The notes beneath the pieces were generated by a model. That model was given only the letters and a program-made list of their open reading frames with translations. It had not been told where the DNA came from and ran no database searches. A stretch of 64,000 bases of DNA, taken from positions 28,210,001-28,274,000 of the forward strand of contig OX442314.1 in assembly GCA_949358305.1 (NCBI GenBank), written 5' to 3'. Source of the DNA: Strigamia acuminata. Lineage: Eukaryota. The translations under genes were made by a program, and so were the position numbers. Shown here one piece after another: positions 48,601-60,400 of this stretch; within the stretch, counting starts at the first letter, position 1; each line of letters begins with the position of its first letter.

Positions 48601-50845
48601 ATCAGCAATCTAAATCCGTTTCTTGATGACAAAGGATTTCTTCGACTAGGTGGTAGACTCAAACAGTCGTTCTTAACCTATGAAGAAACCCATCCGATAA
48701 TTTTACATCCGAATTGTTGGATTTCTCGATTAATTATTCGTTCCGTACATGAAACTCTCAAACACGGAGACCAGAGTGAGACATTGTATCGAATCAGAGA
48801 TCGTTTTTGGTTGCTGCGAGCCAGACGGACGATCAAGTCTGTGATCCGGAACTGTCCGATATGCCGAATCGCTAAGTTGGAAAGGAATCAACCTATGACT
48901 GGAGACTTACCTGAGGAAAGAATGAAACCATCCAGTCCTTTTACTCATACGGGTATGGACTATATGGGTCCTATTTATGTCACAAAGGAAAAGAAGCAAC
49001 TTAAAACATACATCCTTCTTTTCACATGTCTTGTCACAAGAGCATTGCATCTGGAGGTTACCGAGGATTTATCAGTACCTAAGTTTCTGATGGCGTTCCG
49101 TCGCTTTGGCGCCCGATATGGTTATCCTACTCTATTATGTTCTGACAACGCTCGAACGTTTGAACGTGGTAACATAGAGTTGGAATCCTGGGGTCAATTT
49201 TTGAAACATTCAGACGTGAAAACGCTGTTTGCAGATCGGAAGATTGTCTGGAAGTTCATACCGCCCAGATCGCCCTGGATGGGAGGTGCCTGGGAACGTC
49301 TTGTGAGATCTGTAAAAGACAAGTTACGTCGCATATTCCAAAAAAGGAAAGTCGATCTTGAAACCCTTCAAACTGTGACATTGGAGATCAGCTCCGTGCT
49401 AAACTCTCGTCCGCTCTCATACGTGTCAGAAACACCAGACGGCGGTTATGTCTTATCTCCAGAACATTTCCTCACGGGTGGAATGTCGAAGATCTTGCTG
49501 AACAAAAACCCAGAAGCGATAAAACGACGTGACCTCGTCAAGCTAGAAAAATCAAGGAGAAAGTTGATTTCAGATTTCTGGGAGGTCTGGAAGAACAGCT
49601 ATCTGAAACAACTGAGAAACGTACACGAAGTCAACGGAGATCCTTCTTATCAAAATGTCAAGCAAGGACAAGTCGTACTACTCGAAAGGGTAGGCCAGAA
49701 TCCATACTTTTGGCCCATGGCGAGAATAACCGAAGTCTTTCCCGGCGAAGATGGTTTAGTACGTGTGGTTAAGGTGGTCGATCCACAGGGAAAAGTTTTG
49801 GTTAGGTCGGCACGTCATGTGCGTGTCCTAGAAATGGATTTGTAAACGATGCTAAGTGTTCTCGTTAAGTGAAAGCTGTAGAAAGCATCTGTTACGCGGG
49901 AACGCTGTTTCCAGCAACATGGAGTGTCATGAGCCAGTCACTTGTCTGGACGTTAAATCATTAGTTCCTAGAAAATAAAATTCATTGTTTTTAATTTACA
50001 ATCTTAAATTAGATTTAAAAAGGGCTCTTATCTGACACAGTCCAGTTGCAATCCCAGTGATTCTTTAAGTCTCTCAGGTTTTCCTCATGAGTTAATTTTA
50101 TAATTAACTAACCAATTAATTTGTATTAATTGAGGAAGCCATTTTGGTGTGATACAGTCCTGATGATTGTTTACATTTGAAATAAGACAAATACCAAGGG
50201 TTTTAGTATTTGATAATTGATTTGTTATTAATAAGAAAATATTAGAACATATTACAAAAGTTTTTACTTGGATTGGAGTTTTTAACTATTCATTTGTCTA
50301 ATTAGTATCGGTTGTAATGGAGTGATGCTTTCCTATTGGCTGGCTTCATTTCCAAATGCTTTGAGGATGTTTTAAAAGGATTAAAACATTCCTGTTATCT
50401 GTTGAGTTAACTGTTAATTTAAAATACCTTTTGTGGTCATTATGAATCACTTCATTTTAAGTTATCTGTAGTTTCTCTTGTGTAATTCTCTTTGGAATTT
50501 CTGTGCACCTTATACGGTAGCCTATAGTGTCTATCTGTTTGGTTAAAAATACTGATGTATGGAAGTTCATGAGAGCTTTTCTGAATTCTTCTCTATTTAG
50601 TTGATTGTTCAGGAGCACACAAGATTGTTGTGAGTGTGCTCTCGGCTTGTTACAAAGAAAATGGATGATTAAACACCTTTTTTATATCGCTGCTGCTTTT
50701 ATTATGCTCGAGGAGTAAAACAACTCGCTTTCCCACCGGTGCGTTGTTGGCCCAGCTGGATGTTGTCTCGATTTTGGATCCCAAGCCACTCGTAATTTTT
50801 CACCACTATACGATCAGCCATCGCTCAACCATCATGACAGCAACA
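42689..50845 (+). mobile_element. Full-length Bel/Pao LTR retrotransposon
   Basis: 940-bp LTRs at 42689-43628 and 49906-50845 (TG...CA, no differences seen), 5-bp TSD CCACC (42684-88, 50846-50), PBS-like TGGTGCC at ~43641, single gag-pol ORF. Confidence 0.97.
44617..49845 (+). CDS. Bel/Pao Gag-Pol polyprotein (~1742 aa)
   Basis: LPKF...DGNP gag, three Zn knuckles, protease LIDTGS, RT ADIKQAF/YMDD, RNase H YCDASPLAYG, integrase GMDYMGP/SDNA/GGAWERLV, in PR-RT-RH-IN order. Confidence 0.97.
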   Translation: MASTSVPVNHSQEQLEELAFTWETRAEILEDMLDVSSNQTNAGELEASYEAIQQQTTTVIDDLSILQPHLDRKTYLGYVVRLERIGARLIHLRKRMEVASKAVKLLGNGVGLPPAQNTGTFIGSGRKSNMRLPKFDMTKYDGNPLRYQTYMDMFQTSVDENPDLSAIEKLQYLKVTCTGEAEKVVESFPLTKEAYPLALAELKRKYGSVTTQKNALIKAIRDVKAVPELYPIGPVKNLLTAVSSSIRTLEQLHVPVRTGGAFLVPELLKKFPAKISKHFHRQHEEGTENLVQFTEFVAEELRLAELSEEVVLAHRSLTKKTDKGKFEQDSKDKKGSMASCTSSQGGSPRSKSSPKAQNSEKRTNLECVFCEGKHFNAQCDAKLDAAARVEIVKRKRLCFNCLRRNHSVKDCTVHFNCRTCGGRHHTIICMKKGIDSEVTKPAQQKDEGVSANVSLAVSSGLQLRIFTANLIRNSGEPYVVRGLIDTGSHRSYITRALASHLKLKKKGSISTSIQRVDDVNPQATFHDIFKIDLKSRHGPQRVKLDILCANTLPAIRSTNNPKVIAQVQKMGLDLAEELPSSTSDIDIILGEDCWFDVALAGRKKVNEKLELFQTIFGWVLHGKTGNVDLFEESQQVSGCYVSCLAVGDPLEKIWSLESIGINPGEKTTDFIRDRFENSSKRLEDGRYEVVLPFNDHINELDSNWSNALHQLAATLRRLDGHPDLQKRYDDAMNAYLEANHAEVVPVDEINQELLYYIPHQPVIREDRETTKFRVVFNASSSKKGYRSLNECLYPGPSLNPDLIVVLIRFRLHFIVVIADIKQAFLQIAIALGHRDVLRFLWVKPEFFQQPFSWANLWKNLIVLRMKVVPFGVISSPFLLCASIRQQAKLFQNEYPKEAEALDKATYMDDLTSGAGTPDDTVDHCEKLKTILDDAQMPLVKWATGNDNVHTQLKEKGFHMRYERIEDAEYIKMLGVKWGVIEDNIMFAIVDRQTKVQTMREILSAVASVFDPLGLLAPIILPMKLLLQKLWKESAKWDVPLSEEDGNVAAQWIQDIQSLNTLKVERWMQTHSGQEVTVHIYCDASPLAYGCAVYFVDDVRFRRLLMSKCRVAPVKKITLPRLELTAAVLGARIGKYIRDNMSTEFPIKEISYFSDSMITLAWIHSPKNQWKPYVSNRIYEINSLSKPEEWHYVSTQNNPADALTRPMTSEDLISHPLWWSGKISEIEGITSDVVFPAEEYKADNVNLATIDTGQLHISNFIRKFSSFQKLKRVVSYIMKWKTRNFRAGEISTDELECSEAVLLHLSQEFYFKDEITELKGGRVIARKSLISNLNPFLDDKGFLRLGGRLKQSFLTYEETHPIILHPNCWISRLIIRSVHETLKHGDQSETLYRIRDRFWLLRARRTIKSVIRNCPICRIAKLERNQPMTGDLPEERMKPSSPFTHTGMDYMGPIYVTKEKKQLKTYILLFTCLVTRALHLEVTEDLSVPKFLMAFRRFGARYGYPTLLCSDNARTFERGNIELESWGQFLKHSDVKTLFADRKIVWKFIPPRSPWMGGAWERLVRSVKDKLRRIFQKRKVDLETLQTVTLEISSVLNSRPLSYVSETPDGGYVLSPEHFLTGGMSKILLNKNPEAIKRRDLVKLEKSRRKLISDFWEVWKNSYLKQLRNVHEVNGDPSYQNVKQGQVVLLERVGQNPYFWPMARITEVFPGEDGLVRVVKVVDPQGKVLVRSARHVRVLEMDL

Positions 50846-51427
50846 CCACCTTTGTTCCCGAGTATCTCGACGTGATTGCCAATCTACCAAACGTTCCAGT
50901 AACAGGGACAAGCATAGTAACGCGGACCGAAACCCGCATTCACTTTGACGTAAAAAGAGAAATTCCGGCCGTCGCTCAATCCGAGCGCATCGACGTGATT
51001 TGACAGCTTTGCGTGGAGTCAATTGTCGTTCTCACTAGTATTTTCCTTCTTATTTCATTCTTTCTGTTAATCGTTTATTTTATATTTAAGCCGTATATTA
51101 ATTAATCACCCAAACTGTATTAAAGTCGAGAAAGTCACTCGCATTGTAACTATCGAATTCTATATCATTATTGTAAATTCATATTTCATTACTAAAAGTG
51201 TTATTAAATTTAAGAAAGTTTAAATTGAGAAAACTTGGTTATTAATAATAACCAAGTTATTATATTATTTATGTCTTTTAAAAAGCATCCGCGTTCTTAG
51301 TTTCTTATCAATTAAAGATTGAGGAACACAACAATGCAAATAGATAAATACTGTGCAAATAATTCATAATTAATAATTGCATTTTAGGAAATTTCAGATT
51401 TGACGCTTTAAATTAAAATCTGACATT

Positions 51428-54400
51428 TTAAACTCGAGAAAATGATGGGAGGTTTGCATGAATGGTTATAAACTGATCAACTATCTTTTGCAATAGTTCT
51501 GGAATTGCAAGAATTGAAAGGCCAAGCATTAGTGCAAAAGAATTTCCAATATCACAGCACAATGCAACTGTAGTGTAGGTTAAAATTTGGGTAATCTCTT
51601 CAATTATGTTATTCATTGGAAATATACCAAGAATCTTGACTGGGAATGCGTCTTTATCTTGAATGAAAACGTAAGTGTCAAATATTTGTTCTTCGCAAGG
51701 TGGATCACAACCACAATCTTTCGTTACATCAAGTTTTAAAGAATTGTTCATAAATAGTTGTACCGAAAAAATTGCTTCTTCAGCATTTGCACAGGTATTA
51801 TTTGTTACATTGAGCAGGAATGGTAGCCTAAAATTGTAAACTTTCATTATGACCAATGTTGAATTATTACTGTTCAGTGATATCTCTAGAAATGATGTTA
51901 CCCAGTGCACTAACTCTTTCGTGTCACCCCCTTCGATTTTCCCCGTGCACTTCTTTCACGTCCTCTTGGCCCAAGCAGTAACATGCTCACATTAAATTCT
52001 ATGAAAAATTACTACTCACTTGCATCGAACAGAATTATAAACCTTTTTTTCATAGCAATCATCTTGGCATTGTTTGTATTTGTCGTGGTGAAGACAAGGT
52101 TGAGCTTGCAAGTTTAATCGAACGGTCTAAATTAAGCAATTGTTAGAAGAGGTTGTATGTAATCATCTGATGTATTACTTTGAGCATTTTAAATGTAATA
52201 ATGACGAAACTGTTATCTACAACAGTTCTTCTACTTCTGAGAATTGATGGTATTTTAGCATCATTTTGTCGAAAGTATACCTAAATTGTAAGAAATAACG
52301 ATTTACCACAATTTCTACTTTCTACTTATACTTAAACTTGTAAGTTTACCATATCTATAGAGAGTTTGCGGGATGCATTTTTCCCTTATTTTGCTCCATG
52401 GTACACTATTTTATCGTAAGGAAAAAATCTTTAGTGTATCGTTTTCAACACTAAATTAAAATATAGCGTAGCCAATCAGAATTGAGAACACTATATTGTT
52501 AACTATATTGTTAACTCCGCCCATTGCAAATGGCGATTATTTTGTTGTCCCGATCAAAGACATCACAGTCATAGGTACGTAGATTGAATGATAAGTGAGG
52601 CCCAAAACCATACTTTATAGGCATAATAATGGCATTTTATGCAGAAATTTGCACATTTACGCCCCCAAATTGAATTTTTAGGCCCAAAATTACTAACTGT
52701 CAGTAGTTGGCTGAAATAGTGTAGCGATAAGGGAAAAGTGCAGCCTGCAAAAACTTAATTTATCATTTTTCCCTTACGCTATTTTTCTACCGTATAGTCT
52801 TTAACTGTAAGGGAAAAATGCATCCCGCAAACTCTCTAATAACTTTTCTAAAGAACACCTTACCTATTCCAAATACTCAGTGGTGAAAAATATAGCAGAA
52901 AACAGGCCTAACCAAGCAGCCTCATATTCAGTTTTATTGTTTCAATTTGAAGGCATTACGACTTTAGACTTTAGACTTTAGACTTAAGATTTTAGCAACT
53001 ATTTCGCCACTAAACTGTGTGTTAGTACAGAACCTACAGGGTGGGCCAAAAGTCACAAACCGGTCTGAAGTCTAAATGACTTTTTTATAAATAACTCACG
53101 ACCAAAACAGTGAAGACAAATTGAGAATTTTACTACCAAAAGCGAGGGTCAATTAACTCAATTTTGACCCAATGAGCGTATCAATTATTAGACATTTGAT
53201 TGTTAAGACGTTTGATTATTGGATGTTTGTTTAGGATTATTTTAGTAGAATTTAACTATTTTCGTTCTCTGTTTGATCGTGAACTTTTTCATGATTAATA
53301 TTCAAAGTGTTCTTAACAAAATAGTTAAAGTTCGTTACTTGTCCAATCCTGTATTATTCTACTACATAAACTGAGCTGGTTGACACTACTGTACTCGTAT
53401 TCAAGTAAACTGAATAAATACTACTACCACTACTACTTCACTTGTTATTTGAGTTTTGATGTGCATTAAACTACTGTATTTAAGTCAACTAAGTGCAATA
53501 ATTGACGTTTAAACAAATTCTACATTACGTCAAGCTCATGCTGATTACATTGACTTCTCAATTGTTGTACACCAAAAAATATTATTGAAGCAGTTCCTGC
53601 ATATTTCATTGGAGCTGCAACAAGATAATGCTCGTATAAATATTGTTTATATAATTTCTGTAAAATGTCTAGTTAAGTACCGATGTCAGATTGATAGCAT
53701 ATTCCAGTCGGCATAGCTATTTCACTCCACGATACATTAGCTTTTACTCCAGCACCCTGCAAAAACATTTCTGATCAACTTTGAGTTAAATTGAATACAA
53801 GTACATGTATGTGCAAAATTTGAGCTAGGCGATTAGAACATGTGACGGTTACGAATCGATAGTACATAAATACTTAATTTTGTCAATAGATGGCGCTGTT
53901 TGCAAATAGCGCCAAATTCAAGCTACGAGTAAGATAAAGAAATATATAAATAAACTTATTTATTTATTTGCCAGATTTGATATAGCTTTATATCAGTAAT
54001 AAATCAAGATTTATATGCAATACATACAAGAATAACTAATTTCCAAGGAAATTAGTTAAACTTGGCCAAAAGAATTAACAAGGGATTATGTCACCCCTCA
54101 CACCTACACAGGTTAAGACAAAAGACTTAATCTGAAATTGTCCTGTGTATCCAGTTTCTGTTCTCTTCTAAAAGAGAACTAGTGTCCTGTGTATCCAGTT
54201 GCTGTTCTCTCCTAAAAGAGAACTAGTGTCCTGTGTATCCAGTTCCATCAATACACTCGGTGCAATATTCGCGTAATGTCGATTTCATGTGAAACTGACA
54301 TATGAACCTTATTCTGAGTTTTGGATTTAGATTTAGATTTTAGATTTATATTAATGTCTAAAACAACTCCTTTATTTGTTTAAAAATATATTTTTATATT

Positions 54401-57400
54401 TAATACCGAGAACTATCAAGTTCGTATTCGAATTTACCGCTAATATACTCTGGCCATGTGTAAGTTTGGTCTAACTCCGAGCCTCATAACTCACTTTGTG
54501 CTGCCACCAAGAAAAATAGTTCATAGTTTATTGCTTGCTTCTTCCAGAAACCAAAACAATTTTAAAATTTATTATTGATTGTTAAGTCTGAAACAAAATG
54601 GATACCACTAACTCTGGCAGTTGGATCTATTTTCTGGTATCACTACACCAGAGAAAAGGCTCGGAGTTAGGCCAAACTTACACATGGCCAGAGTATAGCG
54701 GCAACATGTAGCATTGACAAATGCGGGTTTTGCCGATAAATTTTCATAATTCGGACGAGTTAATAATAAATAACACTTTTAATTTGTCACAATACTTACA
54801 GAAATAGCCATCTTCATTGCTGTTTTATCCCTCGAAGGCGTTTGGTATCGCCACACTTCTTCTATTGACGGTTTTTTGTTCTTAATAGTCATGTTCATTA
54901 AATTGATAAAATGAATCTTGCATTCATTCATGCCTATTTCTTGTGCATATCTCCTCCTGTAGCTAGTCATTAATGATACATCCTTACATGCAATTAAATT
55001 GGGCAAATATAATGTGTTATTTTCTTGAATAATTACCACATATCTTGTTGGTTCACTCAGATATAATGTGATTCTTTCTTTGCTCACATAAACTGCCAAT
55101 ATCGCAGAAGTAAATATAAGAAATATATTCAGTGCAGATTGCAATAGAAGTCGTATTGGAGAGTGCTGTATCATAACCCGTGAAACACCTTTCTTTTTCT
55201 CAATGGCCAAATGTATTTGCTTAATAATTTTCTTTTTTATGCCCGCTTTAAATTGAACAGGTCTCATGTATTTAGACAAAATGAGAAGAAAGATTTGTCC
55301 AATTTCAATCAAAGATAGAAGAGAAAATCCCAAAGAGAATCCCAAATTGCCCCCAAAATCGACCACCAAGTCTGGAATGGTGTAAATGTAGACTTCTGTC
55401 ACTCTGACAAACAATTCTTCCAATACTTTTAAATTTAGACTAAATAGATCTTTGCCACTTGGTTCATCTTCAAAATCTATCAAAAACATTAACAATTCTG
55501 TTAATTATGCAACAAAATAAAAGAGATTATAGTTTAACTTGTATCAGTATGCATTATAAACAGATAAACACTCTGTTCACAAGGTCTCAAGCAACCACAT
55601 TCTTCCGCTGACTGTGCAGTAGTCGTTGCAAATGCTTCGTCATACATTTCAGCCACAATTGATTTGTTTGGCTCTAAACTGCAATCCATCAAATTGTTGT
55701 TGGACATAAAAGGCAACCTAAGTTAAAAATCTATGAGTATGTCAATGTTTATGTTTCAATGTTCAATGCAAATCTGACCTGCATCGTAGAGGATTCATTC
55801 TTGTCATACAGTCTTGGTAACATTGGATTTCTTTTATTTTATCCGGTTCGCATGAAGGGTTTCTTGAAGATAAAAATTGATACTGCCATAAAAGAAATGC
55901 AGCATTACTGTGTTTTGCTGAGCAATCACAATAAATAAGATGAATTAAATTAGTGATATCTGATACCCTTACTTTTCGAATGAGAAATTGCGCGTCTGAT
56001 TCAATTCCTGACATCACTGTAAAAGTATATTTGTATGGCATGACGTCAGTTAACACAGCCATCTAATTTTCAATTATGTAAAAATAAAAGAATAAGTTCA
56101 CACTGTAGTAATAAAATGGTAAAAGCTGAGATTCTTACGGAAATCTGTGGATTTTCACAACTTCCATTCTTTTTAAGAATCGTATGTAATTTCATATACT
56201 GCACTAATTTTCGATCTAAAAAGATTTAGCCAAAAAATTTTAAACTTTCAACCATAATTGATTTTTTTTTATTTTTCTAACCAGAATTAAGGACCAATGA
56301 TTTTCCACTTATGTAATCTCTATAGCTTACTGAAATTTCTGTGTTATCTTTCCTAGAAATTCCTTCTTTAATTGTTGTTTCATGCAGTACAGTTTTACCC
56401 TAAAAAAATAATACATCTGTAAGCCTATATGTGATTCAACAAATTATAAGGACAACGTAAATGAATATTGATGAATAAATAAATATTTTTTATATCCGTT
56501 TGATCTTACGTCATTTGTTGTGATCCCAAATATTCCCGTAATATTTGGGTGAATTTTAATGTATACAATATATAAATAGGGGATTTTATGTAATTATTGC
56601 ATGCATTTTATTTCACACCTGCTACTGCTCTCAGCTGTTAAGGGAAAGCCATTGCTCGTTTCTTAGTATCAAAACTGCCAAATTGGGGGGTTGCTATAGC
56701 AAACTCCTAATGAGCACCGTTGCTAGGCACGAAGTGTGCCAGGCACCCTCACCACTTTCACCACACTGTCCACAGCTCTGCACTCAACACACAGTTTACA
56801 ATTAACAGCTAATAGTATACAAGGTGTCCCAAATGAACGAAGCCGGTCAAATAACGAAAAGACTATTTGAGTGAGATGAATGAAACAAATGTAGTACTAG
56901 TAAACTAAGTGAGGGCATTTCAAAAATGTGAAAAAATTTGACCTCTGACCTTTTCTTCAAGGTCATTCCAACTCTAACTTTTAAACTAAGACTGGTAGAG
57001 CAAAATTCTCAATTGAAAAAAGAAAGAGCACCTTCTGTTTAGTAGAAAACTGCTCATCAAATTTACTCCGACACAATAACAAATAAAATTACGAAAAAAA
57101 TAAATCATGAAAAAGTCTTGATCTTGGTTTTCTTTTTTGTATATTTTAACTTTTTCATAATTTTATTTGTTAAATATCATTTAAAATACTAGTTAAATTC
57201 ATAACAATTCATGACTGCATAGTAATTGAATACAAAAAAGTCAAAAAATACAAAAATGAAAACCAAGATCAAGACTTTTTCATGATTAATTTTTTTCGTA
57301 ATTTTATCTGTTATTGTGTTAGAGTAAATTTGATGAGCAGTTTTCTACTAAACAGAAGGTGCTCTTTCTTTTTTCAATTGAGAATTTTGCTCTACTAGTC

Positions 57401-60400
57401 TTAGTTTAAAAGTTAGAGTTGGAATGACCTTGAAGAAAAGGTCAGAGGTCAAATTTTTTCACATTTATGAAATGCCCTCACTTAGTTTACTAGTACTACA
57501 TTTGTTTTATTCATCTCACTCAAATAATCTTTTCGTTATTTGACCGGCTTCGTTCACTTGGGACACCTTGTATACCTTACTAATTATTATTCATGTGGAA
57601 GGTGGTCAGAAATAACGAACAGTCTTGGTAAGGTTAAACTAACAAGTGATTTTATTAATATGCAAAATACATAGGTGGCGCTGTGGGTACAGCGCCCAAA
57701 GAGAACATGGCAGTCACTACACACAAACATGCAGTGAAGCCGAACACAGCATCATTCCCCATTAATGGAACATTAATCAACTTACAAAAAACAATTAATT
57801 GAATTAAGACTAGACAATGAACCAAATCAATAAAAGACATAAAATTACACTCAATTTCTTGCGTCGTATCCGTAGAATTCTGTCGGATTGCGCGTGCGAT
57901 GGGGACGTGAATACGGCACAACAGGAGTACGGACTGGGACGGGAGGAAGAGTAGGAGCTGGAATCACGTCCCGAACATTCGGTGGGTTGGGTGAATTGGG
58001 AGGAGCATCAAACACTTGCGGTTGGGCAACAGGCGGAGTGTTTACAGGAATTAAATCCACGTCAAGGAGCGGAAAATGCTTACAATTTCTCCCCCCCTCC
58101 GAAGGCTGAGTGCTCAGGGTCTGGCGCTTTTGTAGTTGATCCGCGTGTCTGTTTCACATCACGGCGTTTCTGACGGTCACATCGTAAGTGGTTGACGAAG
58201 TTTTGGAAGAGATTACGCCAGGAACCCATCTTGAGGCGTGCAAATAGTCGCCCGCGAACACCAATTCCCCAGGCTCGAAGGAACGTCGCGTTTCTACAGT
58301 TGTTGGTTCCGGCATTAAGCGCGGATTGAGCAGATATAACCTAGTTCGTACAGTTCGTTGTAGGAATGCCTCGGACGGCGTAGTCCGTGTAGAAACATGC
58401 GGCGTCGAGCGATAGGCGATTAAAAACTGGTAGACAGCTTCTGCAATGTTCAAATTTAGGTTTAAAAACTTTCCGACTTGGTTTTTGAAGGTCTTCACGA
58501 AGCCTTCCACGGCTCCATTTGTGGCTGGGTGGAAAGGCGGTGAGCGCGTGTGGCGAATGCCGTTTTGTGATAAGAAGTTGACAAATTCCGCCAAGATGAA
58601 CTGCGGCCCGTTGTCCAAGTGAATGTGAATCGGCAGGCCGTGGCGTTTAAACCAGCACTTTAAGACAGCAATCGTCGCTTTCGAGGTAGTAGTGGGCATC
58701 GCTCGGACTTCGCACCACTTGGTCCGCGCATCCACAGCTAAAAGGAACATTTTGCCATGGAAAGGACCGGCGAAGTCGAGGTGAACGCGCCCCCAAATTT
58801 CGTCGGGAATGGGCCAACGCATGTCGGATGTCTTTGGTGGATCCGGCAGCGCGCGCTGGCAAACGTCGCACGAGCGCACCATCGTCTCGACGTCACGGTC
58901 GATGGACGGCCACCAAACTGTTGCACGAGCGAGCGACTTGGTGCGGACGATTCCGAAATGTCCTGCGTGTAATTCCGTCAGGACTGCACGGCGAAGCTGC
59001 TCTGGCACGACCAAACGCTCCGACAAGAACAAGAATTGTCCATGTGTAGAAAAGGCGGACCTGTGCTTATAAAAGTTCATTAATTCGGGCGTTCTCAATT
59101 TCCAGCCGTCTCGAATGCACTGCAGGACTGCTTGCAACTGGGCGTCTGCGTCGAAGGCTGCACACAAGGCTGTTTGAGATACAGGGAACTGTGAAAGAGA
59201 AACAGAAAATATCTCGTTAACATGCCTATCGAGGTCTTCTCGACCATCGATCACTGGCTGGGGATTGCGTGACAATCCGTCTGCGATTTCGTTGTCGGCA
59301 GCCGGCACATGCTCGATCGCATAATCGTAGGCGCTTAGAAATATTGCCCACCAGTGCAGGCGAGCGGCGACAATTTGATTGCATCCTTTCTTTTTTCCGA
59401 AAATAGCTACCAGCGGTTTATGGTCAGTTTGCAAAATAAATTTTCTTCCAAATAGGTGATGGTGGAATCGGCGGACGCCATAAACGATCGCAAGACCTTC
59501 GCGGTCAATTTGCGCATAATTTTTTTGCGCGCTGGACAAGAGGGAACTGGCGAAGGCGATTGGACGGTGGATTCCTCCTTCCAAGTGGGAAATGAAGGCA
59601 CCGACACCAACCGGCGAGGCATCAACGGTCAAGTAAAGCTGTTTCTGGGCGTCGTAGTGTGCCAACGCTGAATCGACAGTCACTGCAGCCTTGACCTTCG
59701 TCCAGGCCTTGTGCTGTTCCGGTCCCCATGTCCACAGAGTGTCGTCGCGCGTCAGGCGGTAAAGCGGCTCTAATAAAGTGGATAAGTTATGAATAAATTT
59801 GCCATAATAGTTTATGAGCCCCAGGAACGACTTCAGTGATAACACGTCGGTGGGCTGCATGTAGGGTTTCTCAAAAACGCACTTTTTGAAAAACCGGTAT
59901 TTCGGTATTCAATGTCCAAAAAAACCGGTAAACCGGTAATTTTCGGTAATGAAGTAAAATAAAATATTTTTATTTTTATTTTCCTTTTTTATAAAGTAAA
60001 ATTTTAAAAAATATTTTTTTTTCTGAAGATTTTTGTCACATTTTGGATACGATCTTTAATACACTTCATGTTCTGATTTAAAAAAAATTATTTTCTGGTT
60101 AATTTGTCTGCTTAAACCAGTTAATGAAACAGAATTCAGGGTCAAGTTAATAACACACTTCTTCAATTGGGTTTGTAATTTTGACGCCATTTTAAAACAT
60201 ACAAGAAAACTTTCAATAATTTTGAGAAATTTTTTTTTTAAATATGGTAATAACAATAATAATTATAAATAATAATAAAGTAGAGAAGTTTTTTGTAAAT
60301 AAATTTCTTGCTCTTTTAAATCCGAATCAAACAAGGTCAGAGAAAGGGAAAGGGGAACCTCAGTGAGTCAAACCCCTCAAGCACGTGCCTCTCACATTCC

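Noticed and set aside
49846..49905. env-like ORF in the Bel/Pao element
   Set aside because: Only 60 bp separate the pol stop from the 3' LTR.
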